This document shows, piece after piece, positions 36,479-48,313 of a DNA stretch of 64,000 nt. The position numbers were made by a program, and so were the translations under genes. The notes below the pieces were generated by a model. That model was not told the DNA's origin. It saw only the letters and a program-made list of their open reading frames with translations, and ran no database searches. The stretch covers positions 6,820,001 through 6,884,000 of the forward strand of contig JBHGNT010000020.1 in the NCBI GenBank assembly GCA_043228905.1, in the 5' to 3' direction. Source of the stretch: Azolla caroliniana (lineage: Eukaryota; Plantae; Polypodiophyta). Each line of letters starts with the position of its first letter. Position 1 is the stretch's first letter.

Positions 36479-37020
36479 ATTGTGTCTTTGGGGGAACAAT
36501 TTAGTCTATGTGTGAAAAGATACCAAACTTTCTATCAAAATCAAACTTTTTTAGTGACATTTGCCATATTTTGTAACAACTAGGGGCCTTACTTAAAAAG
36601 GTTTTATGACCTATTATAGCTTAAAATAATAGAAAATAACCCACGAATTACCTTTATGATATCAAATTTAAGGATATGGTATCAAGATGCTATATATCTT
36701 TGTATACTTATTAAGATATATAATTTTCGAAGTTGAATAGCCCTTACTAGAATGGATTTCCGAATAAAGGACTATCATGTTCACTCAATACATGATTGAT
36801 ATTTATAGTTTACCACAAATCGCTTGCTAGTTTTAGTCTTCGTCTAATTATGTATATTTTAATATACAACCTTAATCTACGTAACCACCTAACTTATGTT
36901 TTCGCATGTCCTTTCTTAAATAGGTCGTTTGAGAACTTGTCGGACCGGCCTGTGAAGAAAATAAAGCTCCAAATTCAGGGTTCTCCAATTGAAACCCAGA
37001 CCCTAATAGTTTTGGAGAAC

Positions 37021-40000
37021 ATGAAGAGAGGAAAAAAGCTTCTCTTCAACGAGGAGACAAAATCTCAACCATCCAATGAGGTCAGCCAAAAGAAAATGTT
37101 AGCAGCTACTGGTGGTGAAGACCTTCCTAACCGTGATCTAACGGACAAGGAATGGTGAATGCAATACGTCGACTCCAAGAAAAAAGTCATGTTGTATACA
37201 ACAAAGAAGAAGGGCGAGGGGCAGCTTGAAAATAATGAAACCCCATTTATGTATGGCCGTATTCTACGATTTGACTATGAAGATTCAGATTCGGCCAACA
37301 TACTTGTAATGATAGAGTGCTCTAAGGGGGTACATAGAGTGTTCCTTTCTAAAGATCTTCTAGTAAAGGAATCTTGTGGGCCAGAAGCTTTCAAAAAAGA
37401 TCTAGAAAGCTCACAAAACATTATTGTTACCTTGAGGCCTTATATACAAGGCCATGTAACTCTAAGGGAGCCATTGCCCTCCCCAATAAAGGCCCCGAAA
37501 AGGGCATCTAAAGTACAATCAAGACCACCAAAAAAAAAGACCACTAAAATGTTGGACTCCAACTCATCAAGCTCAAACGAAGATGAGGACACTAAGGGGA
37601 CGCCAAGAGCTGAGCTGGCATCGGGTGTGTTGTCATCCGAGCAAAATAAGATACAGAGAGAGTTAATGCAGCGTAAACTGGTCAAGAAAGGGCAAGTGTT
37701 TAATTTTCCTATAACACACATCCATCGGCCCCCTATTGATGAAAAAACAAGACGAAGACCACTTGAGATTAGAGAGCCACACCGAATGCATGTGCAAAAT
37801 CTCACAAAAAAAATGAAAATTAATCCACATGCTATCGTTGTGCCTTTTATTGTTATGGTGGATCCTGAAGAATGTGAAACCATTGAAGATTTTGATATAA
37901 GAAAGCATGATCCATATAATTACTTTGTCATTGGTGGATCGCATTCGGTAGAGGCACATCGGCAACTTGTGAGAGAACATCCAACGACTTTCTTCTTCAA
38001 GTATGCCGAGTGCAAAATTGACGTGGGTCTCACAACTGAAGAGGCAAAGCTGTTGGCATGGGACCACAATAACGATAATGACTATAGGTAGAAAATGTCA
38101 TCGATTGAGCGTATAAGGTTCTTCCACCATGAGTATTTGGACATCAAACAAAAGTTTGGTGTGAAGCTACATCCAGGCCTACGACATCAATGCTTGCATT
38201 AAGTCGGCATTGTGGTAGATGATAATGTTAAGTCCGATGGTCTTCGAAAATATGAGTCTTGGTTTTAATTGGCCTTTAGAGATGGAGAAGTATGGGACCT
38301 ACAAGATCAAATCTTCTCAATGTGGGAGAATAAGGAGGTCAAGGGTCAACGACAAAAGAAATGTAAGATAGACCCTCAACTAGAATTAAAGTCACAAGCG
38401 GCCAAGAAAATTGATTTGACAATTGAAGAAGCGACTAACGACATGAAGTTGTCTCTGTGGAGAGCGATTCAAGGTATTAAGGACGAGCAGCTTCTTGTGT
38501 TTGTTTTGTCAAGGGTTGTGGCCAAAGATTTAAGCCTTGAAGAAATGGTCACTGAGTTCAATAAGTAAGTCTTTCAAATAGTGATATTGAAGTCAATATG
38601 GTGCAATTAAAAGTTCTAATCTCGTTTTCTAATTTCACAGTCATAAAGTGTACATGAAGATCCAAGAAGTTATGATGAAACAACTTGGATGTATAACTTG
38701 GGAACAAGTGACCGAGGATTATCCTCTAACGTCTTCATATAAGGCGCTATCGGAGTATTTTATTGCATTCAAGGATTGGGTTAGTATTGGTGGTTTTTCA
38801 TTAAGCTTTCATCATATGTAGAGCTTGTATAATAAAACTTAATGTCCTATTGCTTCTATTAGAAACCGTGTCGTGGCAAGAAACAATGAGAAGTTAAGGA
38901 TATACACGATTTCCCGACATCCTTCCTTGCACATCTCGAGAGAGCCAGAAAAGAAAAGGATCGTCGCTTAGTCAAGGCGTACAAAATAGAGGAAGATGTC
39001 TCCTTCAAAATATTTAGCCACAAAAAAGATATTACGAGATATCTTTACTACAATGTGATTTGCGGCGATGTCATTGACATGATCCAAAAAGTGCCAAAGA
39101 AGGAATATACGCTAATGATTGCCGATATTCCTTATGGATTTCGAATGGCAGGGTCATCATACGACGATGAACCATTTAGGTTTAAACAGTTGGAGAAGAT
39201 GGTCAAGGATTTTGCTGAGCTAACGACTGCATCCTTGTGGAGAATAGTTGTCTTTCATAGTTGTCTTTCAGAGTATGGACCAAGGGTACTCAATAGCTCA
39301 AGCTTTGAGATCTCGTTGCCATGGCATCGAGAACCTTGCATGGTAAGGATTATTTATAGGTCTCATTCACTATATTGCCTTTCTTAAGATTGTTCAATCT
39401 ATTCTTAACTCGATGTAATATTTGTTATAGGATAAAAACCAATGTAAATAGAGGGTGAACCTTTCGGTTCGTTAATGCCATTGAATGCATCACATTTGGC
39501 TACTTCGATGAAATTAAGAAACAAAGAATCAAGGAGCATTCTAATGAAGTGGGAGGTTCAAATCTGCTAGTATATCCAACAGTGACATGGAAATTGCGAC
39601 ATGTCACCACGACAGAACGGGGACTTGTCAACCCATACCAAAAACCTCAACGACTTATGATGCGCTTGATTGAGATGTGTTATGTTGAAGGACATTGGAT
39701 ATTAGATCTCTTTTCTGGCACAAGTATTCCTCGAGCTAGGGTAATGATCTTGAGATAACCAATACTGAATCTTTTTTGTTTGAGAACTAATTCTTCTTGT
39801 TACTTTCTTCACTGGAACGACGTCTGCATGTGCATTGAAGCTCTTTAGAAACACAGTTGCATTGGAGAAGGACGAGGAGCATGTTATATTTATAAAAATG
39901 AGGATTAAGGCTTTGTGGGAGTGCCTAGACCAGGACGAGGAGGTCGGTGCAAAGAACCTCACTGATACAGAAAGGTTTCAACCTGCTTCGTGAGAGCCTA

Positions 40001-40167
40001 TTCCTCCATTAGCCGGGGAACCAGGAAAGCTAATAGAGCTTGATGATGAGCTTATAGAAGATATTTCGTTGGCTCGACTAACAAGGGAAGCCAATGCACA
40101 TATAACCGAAGAGACTTCTATACAGGATGATGAAGAAAATGACATTGACGATTTGATTGTTATGTAA
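37021..40167 (+). pseudogene. ParB-methyltransferase cargo gene, copy 2
   Basis: Same exon layout (introns 38565-38640, 38780-38862 and two more); DIPYG, NPYQKP and ILDLFSGT retained; several stops, a small duplication at ~39250-39270, last acceptor mutated. Confidence 0.85.
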
Positions 40168-42145
40168 TAGACTCTTTTAAACATGCGAAATGTATTGTTT
40201 GGATTTCACATTATTAAAACAAATTTTGGGTTTTACTTGGTGGATTCTATTATTTATAATCTTCTATATGTTTTAATTTTATTTTTATATACTTGGTTAG
40301 TAGACTTATGACATTGGTTTCACCGCGTGCATTGTTGACTATCAAATTGATGGAGAAACATGAATTAGTTTAAATTGAGGCTGATTTTGGTCAAACTTTA
40401 CCTTAACATAACATGGTCGTTGAATTGTTGCTATGACTGTCCATGTTGTCATTATGGATCTTTGTCTTCTATTGTTCAAACTATTATGTTTCTCTTCCAT
40501 TGCTGCTTAGATTGTGTAGTGTGTTGATAATGGTTCCACTAGCATTATCCGCATGTTTTTATACGCTTGTAGTTCCACTAGCGTTTTCGTTCGGAGTTTG
40601 ATCCCATCTGAATCACCTAAGGAATAGATTAGATCAATTTTCAATACAAGTATGAAAGCCTTAATAGGCTTGTTATTTCCACCACATTATCCTAAAGTTC
40701 ATTGTCTTACATTGTCCACAATTATATACATATGGTTTGATCCCATACGAACAAACTGAGGAATAGATTAGATCAACTTTAAATACAAGTATTTAATACC
40801 TTAATGAGTTAGTTATTCCAACCACATTATCCTAAAGTGCACTATCCTACATTGTCCACAATTATATACATGCGAGTATGTAGGTCAAAGTATAAATTAT
40901 AACTCATTTGGTTACAAGTACACCTCATATTTTTGTAAAACTTACCAAATTAATATAAGTCTTTAACTTAGTGTTTCCCATGTCGCACATTAGTGACATA
41001 TTGAGCCATTGTTGAACTTTATTATGCCTACATTAACTTATCAACACGTCCAAACTTATTTGTATTTCTAATGACCTCCACTCATAGACCTATCATGTAT
41101 TTTTATATTTGCAAATTCTAATCAAGTTGTAGAACATGTGATACTAGTGCATCCAATTTTTGTAGAGAGGGTATATTTGGATAGTTTCAAGAAGATTCTA
41201 CAAGTGGAATGTGCGATCCTTCCACTTGTGAACATGAATGTGTTTGAGGTCGAACTACGATACGTTAAGACTTATCGATAGGTTGCCGATATTTTCACCA
41301 AGGCCCTCGAACTGGACAAGTTGCAGCACTTCTCGAAGGAGCTTGGACTTCAACACCTTGACATGCTGCACTTGAGGGGGAAAGCAATTAGGATATTAGA
41401 TGAGAAGAACAATAGTTGTGATGATGAGCCAGAACAAGAGCCAGTCGAAGGCAAGAGGAGAGTCAAAGAAGAAGACAAATCAAAGGTCACAACCGATTTG
41501 GTCAAGAGGAATGATTTGGATGAGCCGACTTATGTTACCGGCCGGCAAGAAGGCTTAAGGAGGTCCAAACCAGAGTGTGAAAGGAATAGTTATTCGGGAA
41601 CTGTTGTAATTAGTAGTCTTAATATATATATTATTATATAAGAAGATGTGGACAGACGGACCGGAATCGGTATGCCGATCCGGATCCGGATCCGGAACAA
41701 TCCCGTAAAGGTGCCGGTTGGCACCGTTTTGTATTTCGCACCGGAGACCTATAGAAAGGCCCGGTTACAATGTAATCAGGAGCGGATAATTAATAAAGCT
41801 TATTGTCTTAATCTTCCAGTGTTGATTACCGTTCTGTATTCAATTTTATATCTTAAGCATGTTAATTACAGATTGCTAAGTAACCAATTAAGGTCTAATT
41901 AAGCGTTGTACCGTAAATCATTCTGTCGTACAATCCTTTAGTAAAGTGTCTTAAGTGGACACCCTGTGTTAAGCTGTTGTCTGGCCCTAGCAATAACACA
42001 GTTTTTGGCGACCACGATTCCTGCATAATCGCAGTGAACAATGGCAGGAACGGATGACTAGGCCAACAGACGACTCGGTTACGGAGAGAGCACGAAGACT
42101 TGCTGAACGGAGACGGCGGCGAGAGGCTTTCCAGCAAGCAGAGGT

Positions 42146-43363
42146 TTGCAACAAAACACCTACCCGGACGAAGGAAGCAGCTTAAGCAGCCTCCGGGAAG
42201 CGGAAACCCTTCTCCAAGCCTTGGTCGGAAGAGACGGCGAATCCGAAGCATTTTCAGCGTTGGAATCAGATTCGGAAGGAGGTTACAGCGCGCATACGAA
42301 CTATTGCAGCAGTAACGACACCCTAGGAGGACCGGAGGACGAGGAGTCGGATACCTTACCAACACCGGAACCAGAGTTGGCAGACCGGGAACCTCCGGCA
42401 CTCGTCGTGGAGCAACCTCCGGAGACGGAAGTGCACCGGCAAAAACCTCCAACATCGGAAGTCGAGCCGGCAACACCAAAGGAGGACCGGCAAAGACCTC
42501 AGATGCCAACGGAACAGCAGGAAAGACCACCGTCACCGCCAGCCCGCGTACTGACACCGGACAATGACATGTTGTTCCAGTACTCCAAGTATCGGGATGA
42601 CCCGGACGCGGAGGCTCATGTTCACACGTTTGAACAAACATGGGAAGCGAACCATGTGTCACAACGGTTAACCGCGGCAGAAGAGGAACGATCTAAGATA
42701 GCCGAATTCAGCGTGACATTAGAAGGACCGGCCGCCAGATGGCACCGGACGCAGGATCGCAGCACCATCACCACCTTTGCGGACCTGAAAGACAAATTCT
42801 TGCACTTCTTCCAGAAGGAGGTGGATCAGCGAGAAATGGTGGGCTTATTTTATACAATTCGGCAGGACCCCGGGGAGAGCATCCCACAGTTTGTCATCCG
42901 GTTTCAACGGATGCACAGTCAACTTAACCGCGCACCTCCGGAGGAGGAAACGCGAGCTATATTTTTAGCCGCGCTCCGGGAACCTCTACGAATGGTACGC
43001 ACGGTCATCGACTTTCGTACAAGCACCGTCGACCAAGTCATCAACCGGGTTAGAGAAATGGAGAAAACGAGCTCTTGGCTAACAATGGGAGCCCTCCAAC
43101 GAGCATTACCAACCGATGAGGATCTCCGTTTCCGGCAAGCAATCCAATGCACGACCTACTTGAATTCCGGACACTCGTCACTAGAGTGCACCATGTGGAC
43201 GCACTGCTTACTCTGCCAATCTACGAGCCACACGATGGACCGGTGCGAATATAACTTATTGAATCGGCAAGCTCCACCAATCCGGCAAATCGAGCCACAT
43301 AGTAGTCGAGATGAAGAAGACGACCGAAATGGCCAGAGATGGGAGCAACCGGACAACAGTTGA
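42146..43363 (+). CDS. gag: Retrotransposon gag protein
   Basis: DAEAHV..F, FSVTLEGPAARW, FADLKDKFL, IRQDPGESIPQFVIRF; two Cys/His knuckle-like motifs. Confidence 0.75.
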   Translation: MQQNTYPDEGSSLSSLREAETLLQALVGRDGESEAFSALESDSEGGYSAHTNYCSSNDTLGGPEDEESDTLPTPEPELADREPPALVVEQPPETEVHRQKPPTSEVEPATPKEDRQRPQMPTEQQERPPSPPARVLTPDNDMLFQYSKYRDDPDAEAHVHTFEQTWEANHVSQRLTAAEEERSKIAEFSVTLEGPAARWHRTQDRSTITTFADLKDKFLHFFQKEVDQREMVGLFYTIRQDPGESIPQFVIRFQRMHSQLNRAPPEEETRAIFLAALREPLRMVRTVIDFRTSTVDQVINRVREMEKTSSWLTMGALQRALPTDEDLRFRQAIQCTTYLNSGHSSLECTMWTHCLLCQSTSHTMDRCEYNLLNRQAPPIRQIEPHSSRDEEDDRNGQRWEQPDNS

Positions 43364-46300
43364 ACAAACTGCCGAAAAACCGGCCAGAACGGATTGGACG
43401 ATGACCGGAATGGGCCGGATCGATGGCCAAAACGGCGATACCGACAAAGACTGACGAGAGGCCGGAAAAGCGCCGGCCGGAGAGCAGTTGGAGTGGCCAA
43501 AGCGACGGACGACGACAGACAGAGACGGTGCCAGAGCCGGAGACGAAAAAGAAAACATACAGAACATCAGAAGGTGAGACAGCTAGAAGGGCCGGACAGA
43601 GATCGGCAACAATGGTGTTGGTTACGACAAACAATAGAGAAAGATGGAAGACGCGACATATATAGACAAACGGCCAATGATGACAACCAAAACAGCCAAA
43701 ACAGAGGAAGAAAGAGAGAAGAAGGGAAGATTTGCAGAAGAAATCAAACAAGAAGAGATTGCAGAGAAGAAAGAAGAGGAATGAGAAGCAACAATGGAAG
43801 AACAGAATAAAACAAGAAGAAGAGAGAAGAGAAAGAGAGAAGAAGAAGAGGAGGAGGAAGGAGAAGCACCAGTTCGAAGCAACTAAAGAAAAAGAGAAGA
43901 CAACAACAACAAGGAAAAAGAAACATAGGGGCACGTGAAGAATTTCGGAAACATGAGGGTAGACTAACAAATTTCATAAATGTAAGGGTACATACTTAAA
44001 ATTTTTAAAAATCAAATGGTACCTATGAAATTTCGAAAACTCATCAACCTAAACGAAATGGATGCGATCGACACACAACTCACAAAATCAACAAAAGGAA
44101 GATACACATACACACACCTTTTGGCGACCACTAAGGCGATTCCCCTTTGGAGACGGAGTCGAAGAATGATACACGGATGTGCAAGCCATAGCGACTAAGT
44201 GCAAGAAATGGCGAAACGCGAAAATGACGGTGAAGATGTTGGAAGAAGTCTATGAAGGAATGCATGAATGGCAACAATGTTTGTGCGAGGTTGCGATTAG
44301 TGTCCATGTGCGTGTTTCCGAAAGCGGTTAGCGACAATGTGCGTGTTCTCAAAAGCGTGGTGCAAGATGCACGGCTGGACAAACAACAATGCAGAGGGAA
44401 CTGGTGCCAGCACGACCGGAAAGAGAAGCCCACCAGGAGACTACGAAGAAAGTCGCAGTGTGTGGAGCGGAGACCGGCAGGATGTGCTAAGAATGCACGG
44501 GCAATGGTTCTAGAAGAAACAACGTGGAGAGAGTCGGAACCGGAATCGGAACAAGAACCAGAGTTGGTTAACACCGAAGGACCATAGAAGACAGAGAAGA
44601 GACACAGACGCAGACTCGAATGGATGGAAACCAACAGAGACGGTGATGGAGTCCACAACGAAGTGGTAGCTTGATAGCGGCTGAGGCATAGACGGAAAAG
44701 GCTGGAGAGGCCGGCAAGCGGCGGCCAAACCGAGGGTCGAACAGTGGAAAGAGACCGGCCAGACAGAGCCAACAAAGATAGTGACTATGACGACCAACAG
44801 CGACCAGGCATGGAAGAACGAAGACAATCGGACAAGGTCAACAGCGACAAATATGCGAAGAGACAAAGACCGTTGAAGAACGACTTGATGATTGGAAACG
44901 GCCGAACGGATGGACGGAAGAATGAACGAAGGACCGGAAAGATATCGTCCGAGACGGACAGCCAGCACGACCAACTAATGGACAACAGCCAAGAACAGAA
45001 CGGTTAGACACAGCCGAACCGTGGCCAAAACAGAGGCCAAAAGAACGCTCGGATAGTGACGACTGAACAGAGCGGCCATGCGACTGGAGGCTGGCCGGAC
45101 AGGGCTGGCGACGACGAGAAAGGCGTCAGGAATGGTCACCACCAACCAATAGCAGTCGGAGCGGAGCGGCCAGAGAGCAGTCGGAATGGTCGGATAACGG
45201 CTGAAGAGCGACCGGAATGGCCGAACAATGGCTGAAGAGTAGTCGGGCAACAGTCAGAACGGTTGGAATAGCCGGACAGTGGTTGTAGCAACTGGAGCGG
45301 CCGAAGGGTCAAACAAGGGTCGGATGAAGCCGCATCGGTCGCCAAACAAACGATGGCGGCCGGAACGATGACGGAGTCACCGTATAACCGGCCAGAGACA
45401 CGCTGGACAAAGACAGCCGAAACAGCGACATTGATGTCGAAAAGCGACGGACCTCGGCCAAAACCGACGGCCGAATAGGGCCAACAAGGTCAGTGACAGA
45501 GACATCTGGAGATGGACCGGACAGACATGGCCAAATGGGCCAGACAGCGGAAAGAGCGGCCAGAAGGGCCGGAAACTGGTCGAAACGGCGAGAGATGGAG
45601 ACGGACGAGCGGCCAAAGAGTGGCCGTAATAGCCGAACAGTGGCCGGAGTGGCCAAACGGGCTGGACAGACGACCAACCACGAAAACCAAAACAAAGACA
45701 ACGTAGAGAAGAAAGAGGCAGACATACAAAAAATAAGAAGAAGAGAGAAGAGAAATGCAAGGAAGAAGAAGAACAGAAAAGGAAGAAAAAGAAGATGTCA
45801 TGGAAGAAGAGAAAGGCATGAACAGACAGAAACGAAGTGGATGAAACAGAGATAGAAGAAGAAAGAGAGAGGAGGAAAAGAAAGACAGGAAGAGGAGAAG
45901 AAGCAACGGTTAACACCAAGAGGAAGAAGATGCAGACAACACGCAGGAGAAAACGTAAGAAGACAAACACTAAAAAAAAAAAATGAGAGGGAAAAAGAGA
46001 AGAGAGGGGCATGCGAAGAAATTTTAAAATGTTGAGGGTAGCAGCCTAAAATTTCAGAAACTCAGGGGTACTGAATGAACTTTTCAAAACTCGAGGGTAC
46101 ATATCAAAATTTAAAATAAAAAAAAGGCACCACCAAAATTTTGAAAATCCCCAAGACTACTCACACACACTCAAAACAAAGGAAGAACATACATATACAC
46201 GACATGATTTTGGACCCATGACGAAGTTCGTAAGCCGACAGAACGAGAATGCTCGTGTCGCAGAAAGATTTGCTGACCGACAAAGATGTTCGAGTCAAGC

Positions 46301-46654
46301 ACTCCGATCGAGGGAGTCGATCGTTGAAAGGACCGATGGAAGTTCCGGTCGAAGAAATATCATCATCAAGGCATGTGGGATCGACGTGCAAGGCACTCTC
46401 CCACGGGCGTGCCATATTGTGTTACCCCGTACGAGATGTACGGAGAGTCAAGTGTGATGAGCGAGGGTCGAATGTTATCATGATGTTGTTGTGTATGTGT
46501 AGGGGGCATAAATGTAATTGTGAGTCTATACGTATGTGAACACATGCACACGTGTGTGCATGTGGATGGATACGAGAAGGTGTGAGTGAGTGTTCAGTAT
46601 GAATGCTCGAGTTGTACTATTTAACCCCTTATGGGGAATGAATGAAACATATAA

Positions 46655-46658
<4 letters not shown>

Positions 46659-46690
<32 letters not shown>
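46659..46690. repeat. (TC)n microsatellite
   Basis: TC run. Confidence 0.85.
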
Positions 46691-46692
<2 letters not shown>

Positions 46693-48313
46693 CCCTTACG
46701 TTGAACCCCCTTGGGAGGGGGGTGGAGCCATTCTAGGCACCACCCCCCACCCCGCAATGCTTCTCAATGCACATCATGCTATCACCCACAATGATTCTTA
46801 TCGCCATCACCATTTCCATCTTCATCACTATCAATGTCATAATCAATCTCTCAATGCTTATCACCAATCATCATAAATGTTAACCCTAAAACATATAACA
46901 ACTTATATGAGTGTCGTGCGGACGAGAAAGAAGCCAAAAACAACGTCATAGAGGGAGTACCAACGGATCGAAGAGTGCCAAAATCACAAAGGCAAGAAGA
47001 AAGCCGATGAAGGCCTAAGGAGCAGAAAAGTTGATCGAACGGGTGCCAGATCGGTTGTGAACCAGATCGGTGGTGAGCCAGATCAGATGGGAACCAGCAG
47101 GCCTTTAGGGCCCTACGCCCCTATTTTAGTAGATACGAATATCTTTAGGAGTTAATGTCAGATGCTATTATGTGATCATTAAAGCACTGATGGTACTTGT
47201 GTCAACCTGTTGTCAGGGCTTGTATAAAAGTGTTCACTGAGCACATTGTATGCACAGAGTGTTGATTATTTTGAATTGAATTTTCTCTTTTGCTCTCTCT
47301 CTATCTCTCTTGCTCCTACATACTATAAACCTATCTATGTGTGTTTTCTTAAGTTTTGTTTTTGGTTGTCTGGTTGAGTTGGTTGTACTCGGTGCCTGTT
47401 TGTTTAAGCTTCTACATCACTCTGTTTACAAGCATAATGTGAATGACACAATGAATTGGTTCAAAGATAAAGCATAATGCAAATGGCATAGTCAATCGAT
47501 TCAAGGCTCAGTTACTTGCCAAGGGGTATGCACAAACCCATGGCATAGACTATGAAGAAACATTTTCCCCAGTGGCAAAAATGACTATCGGGAGTACTAT
47601 AATCGCTCTCACGACAGTGATTGTGGCACTTGCATCAAGTGAACGTTGTTGTGAAGAAAACCGTCCCTTGGCGCAATCGGTGAATAGCGCACATGAACCG
47701 GCCCTTCACGTGTGCGCGCTCTTAATGTATATAATAGAGAATTAGGTACATAGAGATATCCTGGGTAGTTACATTCGGTAGGTAGGAAGTAAATGAGGGA
47801 GACGGCTCCCTTCTTGACGCTATAAAGGAGAGGGAGACGCAGTGAGAAGGGATCGGGCATTAAGGAGGACGAAGTGTTGTCGGACCGGAACCGAACGCTT
47901 CTCCTCTGTTCGTTCTCCATCGTTCTTCTCTACAGGTTTTCGGGAGGCTCGCGCTGCTTCGAGGAACGCCCTTGTGCTTCCGGCGGCACCTCCACCCTTT
48001 TCTCCTTTCGTGCGCAGACGAACAAGCATCGGCATCTGTTCGCCGGCCTGTTCGGTTGTAACCGCTCGTGTTGCTTTGTTGTGTATTCTGTTACTCGTTA
48101 ATATACAAACACTTGTGTCGCCCTATCTTTGTGTCCCTTCGCGTCTTCTGTGTTGACGGGCCGTGCCCCTGTGTTTCTTACTCATACGTGACAGGGCGTC
48201 TCTCTCTTTCTCATTCCCCTTCTATCGCCTGCTCTTCGGTCCAAGACCCCGGTGGTCCCGCCTCGTTTCTCCATGCACGCGCGTAGTAACGCGACATATT
48301 TGGTGAACCCGAC

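Larger units (their letters stand above)
33114..41244. mobile_element. Sola-like DDD DNA transposon, copy 2 (8131 bp), same architecture, more decayed
   Basis: TIRs AACACATTCGCGTTCACAAGTGGAAGGAT / ATCCTTCCACTTGTGAACATGAATGTGTT; 4-bp TSD TGAG (33110-33113, 41245-41248); removal restores the copia RNase H frame. Confidence 0.93.
32168..41380 (+). pseudogene. pol: Copia RT-RNase H fragment interrupted by Sola-like copy 2
   Basis: RAWNAKI, LLYVDDL, GYTDVDW, TKHIEVHYHFVRE; resumes at 41245 (VLSD-EVELRYV...VADIFTKAL), then TTGAGGGGG. Confidence 0.88.
41533..46900 (+). mobile_element. Gag-only gypsy-type insertion with non-matching LTR-like ends
   Basis: Candidate 5-bp TSD ACTTA (41528-41532, 46901-46905); LTR-like 41533-41998 followed by PBS-like TGGCGACCAC; LTR-like 46473-46900. 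Confidence 0.55.

Noticed and set aside
43200-46050. Many overlapping Arg/Lys/Glu- or Phe/Leu/Ser-rich ORFs
   Set aside because: They arise from strand-biased purine-rich low-complexity DNA that lacks stop codons.
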